From NCBI GenBank assembly GCA_902787305.1, contig CADAFS010000003.1, positions 7,119 to 71,118 on the forward strand: a stretch of 64,000 bases of DNA. Direction: 5' to 3'. The DNA is from an uncultured Pseudomonadota bacterium (GTDB lineage: Bacteria > Pseudomonadota > Alphaproteobacteria > Rs-D84). The stretch's first letter is position 1; every line of letters starts with the position of its first letter. The notes beneath the pieces were generated by a model. That model saw only the letters and a program-made list of their open reading frames with translations. It did no database searches and was not told the origin of the DNA. Made by a program: the position numbers and the translations under genes. Below are positions 9,243-16,315 of the stretch, in pieces.

Positions 9243-10184
9243 ATGAGAAAAATAATTATTGCAATTTGCGGAATAATCTTGACCAGCGGTGCACGCGCGA
9301 CGGTAGAAAATGTATCGGATGCGATTAAAAGTGTGTGGCATAAGGACTCTGCTGGGTACAAAACGCAGATAACAATCAATAACGGCCTTTATGACATAAT
9401 CAAAACAAGTAAAACACCCGATTGGGAATTTAATTATGTTGATATCACAGCGGCAACAAAAATATACAAAAATGGTGCGAAGTTTTGTCATATGTCTTTG
9501 CAACATAATTATGGCAACTGGAGAGTATTTATAGCGCCAGAATCTTGTCAGACTATTTGTAAAGAAGGGTACTACGGGGAAGATTGCGAATCTACAACAC
9601 CAATTAATGTTGATTGTGAAATTGATTTGACAAACAAATTTGATAAGAATCCATGGCAAGAAACAACCATAGATGTTGTTAACAGTGGCGATAAAGATTC
9701 TTCGAAAGGCGATTATTATGTTGTGGTTTTACAAGTTGATAATGTTGATTCAAATTCCGTGACGGTTAAACCTGTATCCTATATAGGGAGCAAAGAGGCG
9801 CGCCAAAGAACAGATATAAATAAGATTATTGTATGGGATGAAGCCGTCTTACTGTGCGCACCAGGATATGAATTAGAGAATAACATATGCGTTAGAAAAA
9901 ATTGTATTGTCAATTCGACCCCTCCTTCGCCCGAATCAGAATGTCCCACAACTCGTAAACAAGGCATGAACGCCAACGGAGATTGTGAACAATGTGACGA
10001 TGGCAAAATGTTTGATAAGAAAAAAAAGAAATGTGCGAAGGAAAAACCGATAAACGCACACCAATTAGTACATGGTATCCAAAGACTGTTTGATTGTTGG
10101 CGGGAAGTTGGTCCTGCCGCATATAAAGAATGTGTCACATGTCCCGGTGGTTGGGAAAAAGACCAAAAACATTGTTACATATAA
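9243..10184 (+). CDS. Secreted Cys-rich protein with EGF-like motif (313 aa), function unknown
   Basis: Signal-like N-terminus MRKIIIAICGIILTSGARA. CQTICKEGYYGEDC and several CxxC pairs. A+T-rich relative to neighbours. Confidence 0.65.
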   Translation: MRKIIIAICGIILTSGARATVENVSDAIKSVWHKDSAGYKTQITINNGLYDIIKTSKTPDWEFNYVDITAATKIYKNGAKFCHMSLQHNYGNWRVFIAPESCQTICKEGYYGEDCESTTPINVDCEIDLTNKFDKNPWQETTIDVVNSGDKDSSKGDYYVVVLQVDNVDSNSVTVKPVSYIGSKEARQRTDINKIIVWDEAVLLCAPGYELENNICVRKNCIVNSTPPSPESECPTTRKQGMNANGDCEQCDDGKMFDKKKKKCAKEKPINAHQLVHGIQRLFDCWREVGPAAYKECVTCPGGWEKDQKHCYI

Positions 10185-10635
10185 TAGCGTTATTCCTACA
10201 AAAATTCCCGTCATACCGCCGTATCAGGCCCCGCGCAAAACTTTGATTTGCGTGGGTGATTTCAGGCGGTATTTTGTCGTCACCGTTGAACCCACCAGAT
10301 ACCGCGCTTCCACGATATAGTGTTGATTGCGATTGTAATCGCCATGCCGGCGTATACCGACACGGACAGCAAAACCGTCACATCAAAATCGATATCAACA
10401 ACACTTTCGGATACCAGTATCGATAACAATTTGCCAACGGTCGGTACAGTAAATATGAACACTGTTGTGACGTATACCGGCACGCCTGTGACGGTTTATT
10501 ATCCACTGGCGACACCTGTGGAAGAAGATTGGCCGGACACGACATATAACACAAGTGTTTATATCCCACAAAATCAATCGTCACAGAATAATTGATGGCG
10601 TGACGGGAAAAACACCGGTGCGAAAGCGCCTGTTC

Positions 10636-10718
10636 CACTTACACCAAGCCAGGGCAAAGCCCTGGCGCAGTCTCGGCACCGCACCCAGCGGTGACGGATA
10701 ATCACTTACACTAACACT
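10636..10718 (+). repeat. Double-hairpin REP-like element, copy A, with flanking CACTAAC/CACTTAC units
   Basis: CACCAAGCCAGGGCAAAGCCCTGGCGCAGTCTCGG + CACCGC-N-GCGGTG hairpin + GACGGATAA. Confidence 0.8.
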
Positions 10719-10765
10719 TGAATTTTTATAAACATTTGCTATCCTTGACGCAAAGGAAAGACGTT

Positions 10766-12292
10766 ATGGATACCAGTTATACAGTTCTTGCGCGAAAATA
10801 CCGCAGTCAAGATTTTGAATCTCTTATCGGCCAAGATGTTTTGGTTAAAACACTAACGACCGCGATTAAAACGGGGCGCATTGCGCACGCCTATATTTTT
10901 ACCGGGATTCGCGGAACGGGAAAAACCAGTACCGCGCGTATTTTGGCCAAGGCGTTAAATTGTTTATCGTCCGACGGGCCGACGGCAACGCCGTGTGGAA
11001 CATGCGAAAATTGTCGTGCAATCGCCGCGGGGCAACATATTGATGTTTTGGAAATCGACGCGGCGTCGCACACCGGCGTTGATAATATGCGCGAAATTTT
11101 AGATGCCGCGCAGTATCGTCCAACAAATGGTCGGTACAAGGTTTATATCATCGACGAAGTTCATATGTTGTCGTCCAGTGCGTTTAACGCGTTGCTTAAA
11201 ACACTAGAAGAACCGCCGGCACATGTTATTTTCATCCTTGCCACCACCGAAATTCGCAAGGTCCCCGTCACGATTCTTTCGCGGTGCCAACGGTTTGATT
11301 TGGTGCGGGTTCCGGTTGATACACTTAAAAAACATTTCGCATGGATTGCGGAACAAGAACATGTCGAACTTAGTGACGCGGCAAATGAATTACTTGCGCG
11401 GGCGGCGGATGGTTCGGTGCGCGACGGGCTTTCGTTGCTTGACCAGGCGATTGCCCAAACCGGCGGAAACGTTGATGAAAAATCAGTAATGGATATGTTA
11501 AAGCGCGCGGACCGCGGCGTTGTTGTCGATTTTATGCAAACGATTTTATCCGGAAATGTTTCGGCGGCACTTGCCAAAACGGATGAAATTTATACCAATG
11601 GCGCGGATTTAACAATGCTGATGACCGATATGATGGAATGGGTTCATTGGGCAACGCGTATGCATCCCGTCCTGCGCGCCGGCGATAGCAATCATGTTCC
11701 ATACACCGCCGACCAACGCGAACGCATAAATGAAATAAACAAGCATGTATCGTTGAACACACTTTCCCGTATTTGGCAGGTTTTGGTTGCATCTGTTCCC
11801 GAAATGGCGGCGGCAACAAATCAGAAACAGTGTTTTGATATGTTGGTAATTCGTTTAATGCATATTGCGGATATGCCATCGTTGCCGGATATTTTGAAAA
11901 ACGAAAGGGTGGAAACCCCGCGTCCCGCGCCGGTCGTTTCAACGCCAAAGAAATTGGAAATTCGTTCGGCATCTGAATTGGCGGACGCACTGGAAAATGC
12001 GCGTGAAATGTTGCTTTATTCATACTTTACGAAAAATATAGAGGTTTCCGATTTTTCCGGCACGCATATATCGTATTTTGACCGTGCGAACGATGCGGAT
12101 TTTCAACCGAAATTGGTGCGATGGCTAAATGACAAGACGGGCGAAAATTGGGTTATTGAACGGATTGAAAAATCGGAACAAAATCAAACTGTGGGGGAAC
12201 AAGAATTGGCGGCGGCGGAATCTGACCCGATGGTTGCGGATGCGATGTCGCTGTTTGATGGGGCGGAAATTGTCGGTGTGTCAAAACAGTAA
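10766..12292 (+). CDS. dnaX: DNA polymerase III subunit gamma/tau
   Basis: Walker A GIRGTGKTS, Zn module CGTCENC, DEVHML, SRCQRF. ATG at 10766 is preceded by AAAGGAAAG; the track start 10718 is TTG. Confidence 0.9.
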   Translation: MDTSYTVLARKYRSQDFESLIGQDVLVKTLTTAIKTGRIAHAYIFTGIRGTGKTSTARILAKALNCLSSDGPTATPCGTCENCRAIAAGQHIDVLEIDAASHTGVDNMREILDAAQYRPTNGRYKVYIIDEVHMLSSSAFNALLKTLEEPPAHVIFILATTEIRKVPVTILSRCQRFDLVRVPVDTLKKHFAWIAEQEHVELSDAANELLARAADGSVRDGLSLLDQAIAQTGGNVDEKSVMDMLKRADRGVVVDFMQTILSGNVSAALAKTDEIYTNGADLTMLMTDMMEWVHWATRMHPVLRAGDSNHVPYTADQRERINEINKHVSLNTLSRIWQVLVASVPEMAAATNQKQCFDMLVIRLMHIADMPSLPDILKNERVETPRPAPVVSTPKKLEIRSASELADALENAREMLLYSYFTKNIEVSDFSGTHISYFDRANDADFQPKLVRWLNDKTGENWVIERIEKSEQNQTVGEQELAAAESDPMVADAMSLFDGAEIVGVSKQ

Positions 12293-12310
12293 AAAAATCG
12301 GAGGGGAAAA

Positions 12311-12766
12311 ATGAAAAACGAATCGGGGCGTTCACTTATTGAAATTATTGGTGTGTTGGCGGTGACCGCGGTTATGACGGCGGGTGCGGTTGCGATTTAT
12401 AATTCTGTGCGCCGGAACCAACAAAATACTATCGCCGCCGCAACATTGCGTGAAGTGGCCAAAGATATAAATATGCTTATGGGTATGCGCAGTGATTATA
12501 CCGGGATATCGGTTGACTATTTGGTAAAGGCCGGTGCGCTACAAAAACCGGATGCACCGATTGGCAAATCATGGGATATTGGTGTTGGAATCGATCGAAC
12601 AACATTTGTGATAAACCTTTATGGCCTATCGCGCAGCGAATGCGAATTCTTTGGCGCGACGATACCGACATGGGCAACGGAATTTTACATAAACGGATAT
12701 CGTGCCGAAGAAATTGTAAATTGTTTTTCGGGAAATGAAAATAATTTATCATTCACAGGAATGTAA
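12311..12766 (+). CDS. Type IV pilin-like / pseudopilin-like protein (prepilin-type N-terminus)
   Basis: MKNESG|RSLIEIIGVLAVTAVMTAGAVAI: Gly then xSLIE with Glu at +5 and a hydrophobic helix. Arg at +1 is atypical. Confidence 0.55.
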   Translation: MKNESGRSLIEIIGVLAVTAVMTAGAVAIYNSVRRNQQNTIAAATLREVAKDINMLMGMRSDYTGISVDYLVKAGALQKPDAPIGKSWDIGVGIDRTTFVINLYGLSRSECEFFGATIPTWATEFYINGYRAEEIVNCFSGNENNLSFTGM

Positions 12767-12767
12767 T

Positions 12768-13445
12768 ATGCAAAAGTTTTGCACCGCAATTTTGTCGTTC
12801 GTTTTGATTGCGGGATGTGCCGCGTATAAAAGCCCCGACCGCGCATCGTGGGGCAATTATTTGCGTGGCGCAAGTTTTACCGATATGACCGAAAGTGCGC
12901 GCACCGCCAAGAAACCTATTTACCAAGGTGCGGGCGGAAAAACGGTGGCAGAAGTTGTCGCACAATCGGCGGAAATGGAATATGGCGATAAAACACAAAA
13001 CGAATCGGCGATGTGTATTGGTTATATGTCGGAATTGGAAACCGCGCTTTATGACGCGTTGCGTCGCCCGGGATTATCGGTTCAACGTGCCGGTACGGAT
13101 GTCCTTGTTATCTTGGTTCGTGACGCAATTATGGAATTAAATGCGCCGGAAATATCGGCAGACGGTGATGATAATTTATCAACGATTGCGCGGATTTTGC
13201 GAAAATACGATGCAACATTTATTGAAATTGCGGGCTATACCGATTCGATGCGCGACCCAAATGCGGCGCGTGCGTTTTCATTGGATATGGCGGAACGCGT
13301 CGGTGTTTTTCTCTCCCGGCACGGAATAAAAACATCGCGTATGTTTATTGTCGGACGCGGTGCGGCGCGCCCAATTGCGGCCCAAGATGAATGGGGGCGG
13401 CTTGCCAATCGTCGCGTGGAATTAAGAATATCTCCCGTTCGATAA
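12768..13445 (+). CDS. OmpA-family lipoprotein
   Basis: Lipobox LIAGC after MQKFCTAILSFV. C-terminal OmpA-like domain (IAGYTDS...NRRVELRI). Start moved to the Met at 12768. Confidence 0.75.
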   Translation: MQKFCTAILSFVLIAGCAAYKSPDRASWGNYLRGASFTDMTESARTAKKPIYQGAGGKTVAEVVAQSAEMEYGDKTQNESAMCIGYMSELETALYDALRRPGLSVQRAGTDVLVILVRDAIMELNAPEISADGDDNLSTIARILRKYDATFIEIAGYTDSMRDPNAARAFSLDMAERVGVFLSRHGIKTSRMFIVGRGAARPIAAQDEWGRLANRRVELRISPVR

Positions 13446-13524
13446 AAAACAAAAAAATTTGTCTTTTATTTTTTATTTTTTGTTGTTATAGTCACACCGT
13501 CAACAAAACAAAAAGGAAGGAAAA

Positions 13525-14193
13525 ATGGTAAAAACAAATACCCAGGCCGGGGCATCGGCAACGAAAAAATATGTTAAATTCGGTATCGTGGCGGTTGTTG
13601 TAATCGCGGTTGCGGTTATTGGATTGTTCGCGGTAAAATCTTTTTCAGGTAAAACGGTTAGTGCGGAATCCGCAATTGATGGCATATCGAGTGAGGCCGT
13701 ATCCGGTGGTGACCTGCGTATGGCGGTGATTCGTATGGATGCAATTCAATCGGATGCCAAGGCGTTGCAAGACCTGCGTAAACAACGCGAATCGTATGAA
13801 GAAAAATTGCGTAGTGAACTTGAAAAAGAACAAAAAGAATTAGAAAAAGAAAAAGAAGAAATTGAAAAATCCCAAGACGTCCTTTCCCAGGAAGCATTAC
13901 AACGTCGCGTTGTTGAATACCAAGGCAAGGTCACAAAATTGCAACGTGATTTGACAGAACGCGCACAATCGGTTGATGCCGCGTTCCAAAAGGCGTTGGT
14001 TGAAATCCAAGAAAAACACCTTGACCCGATTATCGAAGCGATAATTGCGAAAAAGAATTTGTCTTTGGTAATTGATGGTCGTTTTGCGCGGACGGGTGCA
14101 AATGTTGAAAACCTTGATATCACGGCGGATGTTATCAATGCATTGGATAAAAAGGTTTCAACCGTTAAAATGGACACACCGAAAGGATTCTAG
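13525..14193 (+). CDS. skp: OmpH/Skp-like periplasmic chaperone
   Basis: N-terminal anchor plus long Lys/Glu-rich coiled region typical of OmpH, located upstream of lpxD-fabZ. The stop TAG is the first unit of a GTWAGT array. Confidence 0.75.
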   Translation: MVKTNTQAGASATKKYVKFGIVAVVVIAVAVIGLFAVKSFSGKTVSAESAIDGISSEAVSGGDLRMAVIRMDAIQSDAKALQDLRKQRESYEEKLRSELEKEQKELEKEKEEIEKSQDVLSQEALQRRVVEYQGKVTKLQRDLTERAQSVDAAFQKALVEIQEKHLDPIIEAIIAKKNLSLVIDGRFARTGANVENLDITADVINALDKKVSTVKMDTPKGF

Positions 14194-14221
14194 TGGTTAG
14201 TGCAAGTAGTTAGTGTTAGTG
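14191..14221 (+). repeat. GTWAGT array starting at the skp stop codon
   Basis: TAGTGGTTAGTGCAAGTAGTTAGTGTTAGTG. Confidence 0.8.
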
Positions 14222-14245
14222 AACCGGCGATATCATCGCCGGTTT
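14222..14245 (+). terminator. Hairpin after skp
   Basis: AACCGGCGAT-ATC-ATCGCCGGTT followed by a T-rich tract. Confidence 0.65.
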
Positions 14246-14255
14246 ATATTTTTCA

Positions 14256-14284
14256 TTGCAAGTTAGTTTTTGTTTTACTATAAT
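14256..14284 (+). promoter_or_regulatory. Sigma70-type promoter of cassette copy 1 (TTGCAA-17 nt-TATAAT)
   Basis: Hexamers read directly. Same promoter in copy 3 and a near-identical one in copy 2. Confidence 0.7.
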
Positions 14285-14290
14285 CACACT

Positions 14291-14469
14291 TGCGATGGCG
14301 GGTTGCCGTTGCTGGGTCCTAGAAAACCCACCGAAGTAAAAAAAACTCCACCAGGTTGGAGGGTTGCGAATATATTGAATAAGCAACACTGTTTACTTCG
14401 CAGTTTTCTAGCCTCCAACCGTTTGTATTTTTGCAAATGGTTTTTTTATTTCATCAAAAAGGAAAAACA
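14291..14469 (+). promoter_or_regulatory. Structured 5' leader RNA of cassette copy 1 (candidate cis-regulatory RNA)
   Basis: Three stems with compensatory changes relative to copy 3. Ends in the terminator at 14417..14447 before the SD. Confidence 0.6.
14417..14447 (+). terminator. Intrinsic terminator inside the cassette leader (copy 1)
   Basis: AACCGTTTG...CAAATGGTT stem followed by T7, 22 nt before the ORF start. Confidence 0.7.
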
Positions 14470-14697
14470 ATGTTTGAAACAGTTATTACGGATAACCCAT
14501 TACCACAAACGGTGATAAAGGCGCTTTATCGTTATTATGAACAGCCACAAAATTCTATGACGGTTGGTGAAATGTATTTGTTGTTAAAACTGGTTCTATC
14601 GAAAATGGAAGATGAATTTGAAAAAATGGGATTCGATATAGAAAAAGAATTAGCCGATATACAAATACCCACCACCCCCACTAACACTAATCACTAA
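14470..14697 (+). CDS. Small conserved protein, cassette copy 1 (75 aa), unknown function
   Basis: Three paralogs in the window. 12 synonymous vs 3 non-synonymous differences against copy 3 over 61 codons (hand count). SD AAGGA upstream. The C-terminal TNTNH is encoded by the flanking array. Confidence 0.7.
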   Translation: MFETVITDNPLPQTVIKALYRYYEQPQNSMTVGEMYLLLKLVLSKMEDEFEKMGFDIEKELADIQIPTTPTNTNH

Positions 14698-14715
14698 CAC
14701 TTACACTAACCACTT
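14678..14715 (-). repeat. GTWAGT array (complement orientation) closing cassette copy 1
   Basis: CCACTAACACTAATCACTAACACTTACACTAACCACTT. Confidence 0.8.
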
Positions 14716-14763
14716 ATATCTAATTTCCCTTTTCTTTTTTAATTTTTTTATTATAATGCGGGC

Positions 14764-15807
14764 ATGTTGAAAAAAATTAAATCTTTGATTGGGCCACGCG
14801 CGACCAAGATAACGGCCGGCGAATTGGCAAAAATGTTTGATTTGGAACTGCGCGGGAATCCCGGTGTCGTCATATCGGGCGTTGCACCAATTGCGGATGC
14901 GCGCGCGGGTCAGATTGCGTTTTATTCGACCGAACAAAACAGCAACGCTTTCAAAATTTTACCCATATCCGTGTTGGAAAATACGCGCGCAAGTGTGATT
15001 TTATTACAACCGGAAATGGCATCACACGCGCCACATGGCGCGACACTTTTGGTATGCGCTCATCCGCGCGGCGAAATCGTAAAGATTTTGGGGGTGGTGT
15101 ATCGCGAACCGCCGCGGCGCGGTGTGTCGTCTGATGCGGTTATTGAACGCGGCGTGTTTTTTCGCAATCGGCGCAGTGTTTATGTCGGACAATTTGCGAC
15201 AATTGAACGCGGCACGGTGATTGAATCGGATGTGAAAATTTATCCAAATGTTTATATCGGGCGCAATGTGACAATCGGGCGTGGCACGGTTATCCATTCG
15301 GGTGCGCATATTGAAAACGCGACAATCGGTGCGGATTGCGTAATCCATAACGGCGCATCAATTGGCAAGGACGGGTTCGGATATACCCGCCAAGACGGTC
15401 ACAATGTCTTTATCCCGCATGTTGGTCGCGTGGTTATCGGCGACCGCGTCTCAATCGGTGCGAATTCTTGTGTCGACCGTGGCGCCCTTACTGATACAAT
15501 GATCGGTGACGGAACAAAAATAGATAATCTTTGCCAAATTGCACATGGCGTTGTAATTGGGCGTGAATGCTTTTTGGCGGGCGGCGTTGGAATCGCCGGC
15601 GGTGTGAAAGTTGGCGACCGTGTGTTGCTTGCGGGGCATGTCGGTATCGCAAACGGGGTCAAGATTGGCAATGATGCCGAAGTTGGCGCGAACAGTGGCG
15701 TTTTCCGCGATATTCCCGACGGCGGGCGTCATATGGGTTATCCGGCGATGCCGGGAACGGAATTCTTGCGCCACTATGCGTGGGTAAAAAAACATTTGAA
15801 CGATTAA
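14764..15807 (+). CDS. lpxD: UDP-3-O-acylglucosamine N-acyltransferase
   Basis: 347 aa, hexapeptide-repeat left-handed beta-helix region, N-terminal LpxD domain, upstream of fabZ. Confidence 0.92.
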   Translation: MLKKIKSLIGPRATKITAGELAKMFDLELRGNPGVVISGVAPIADARAGQIAFYSTEQNSNAFKILPISVLENTRASVILLQPEMASHAPHGATLLVCAHPRGEIVKILGVVYREPPRRGVSSDAVIERGVFFRNRRSVYVGQFATIERGTVIESDVKIYPNVYIGRNVTIGRGTVIHSGAHIENATIGADCVIHNGASIGKDGFGYTRQDGHNVFIPHVGRVVIGDRVSIGANSCVDRGALTDTMIGDGTKIDNLCQIAHGVVIGRECFLAGGVGIAGGVKVGDRVLLAGHVGIANGVKIGNDAEVGANSGVFRDIPDGGRHMGYPAMPGTEFLRHYAWVKKHLND

Positions 15808-15824
15808 AATCAAAAGGAAACAAA

Positions 15825-16265
15825 ATGGTTGATGCAACGGGTATAGAACGCGTAATTCCGCACCGCGGACATATGCGCCTGATCGATGAAATTCGCGAAT
15901 TTACGGATAAAACCGCGACGGGTATAAAGTATGTTCGTGACGATGAATTTTGGTGCGCGGGACATTTTCCGGCGAAATCAATCATGCCCGGCGTTTTGAT
16001 AGTAGAGGCATTGGCGCAAACCGCATGCTTTACAATTTTGAACGCAATCGGTAATAACGGCGGGCGTGCACTTGGGTATTTTGTCACAATTGAAAACGCA
16101 AAGTTCACACACATGGTTGTGCCTGGTGACATATTGGAATTAAAGATAGAAGAAGTCGGCGCGAAAATGAAACTGCATAAATTCGTTGGAAACGCGTTTG
16201 TAAATGGCAAACGTGTGGCAACCGCGACCTTTTCCGCCATGCTGGACAACGACCCGGTGTTTTAG
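15825..16265 (+). CDS. fabZ: 3-hydroxyacyl-ACP dehydratase FabZ
   Basis: IPHRGHMRLID, FPAKSIMPGVLIVEALAQ hot-dog motifs. Start moved to the Met at 15825. Confidence 0.92.
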   Translation: MVDATGIERVIPHRGHMRLIDEIREFTDKTATGIKYVRDDEFWCAGHFPAKSIMPGVLIVEALAQTACFTILNAIGNNGGRALGYFVTIENAKFTHMVVPGDILELKIEEVGAKMKLHKFVGNAFVNGKRVATATFSAMLDNDPVF

Positions 16266-16274
16266 CGAATGATA

Positions 16275-16297
16275 AAACGGCGCCACCGCGCCGTTTT
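16275..16297. terminator. Bidirectional terminator between fabZ and the 685-aa gene
   Basis: AAAACGGCGC-CAC-CGCGCCGTTTT. Confidence 0.8.
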
Positions 16298-16315
16298 AAT
16301 AGAAGTCAGAAACTT

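Noticed and set aside
10766-12292. Programmed -1 frameshift site in dnaX (A AAA AAG type) producing gamma.
   Set aside because: I could not find an A-AAA-AAG heptamer in the relevant part of the gene by eye. No claim is made.
14296-14340. Short upstream ORF MAGCRC... in the cassette leader as a possible leader peptide.
   Set aside because: Only the first six codons are shared between copies, and they coincide with the P1 hairpin. Downstream the two copies differ in sequence and length (14 vs 38 codons). Conservation is therefore explained by RNA structure, not coding.
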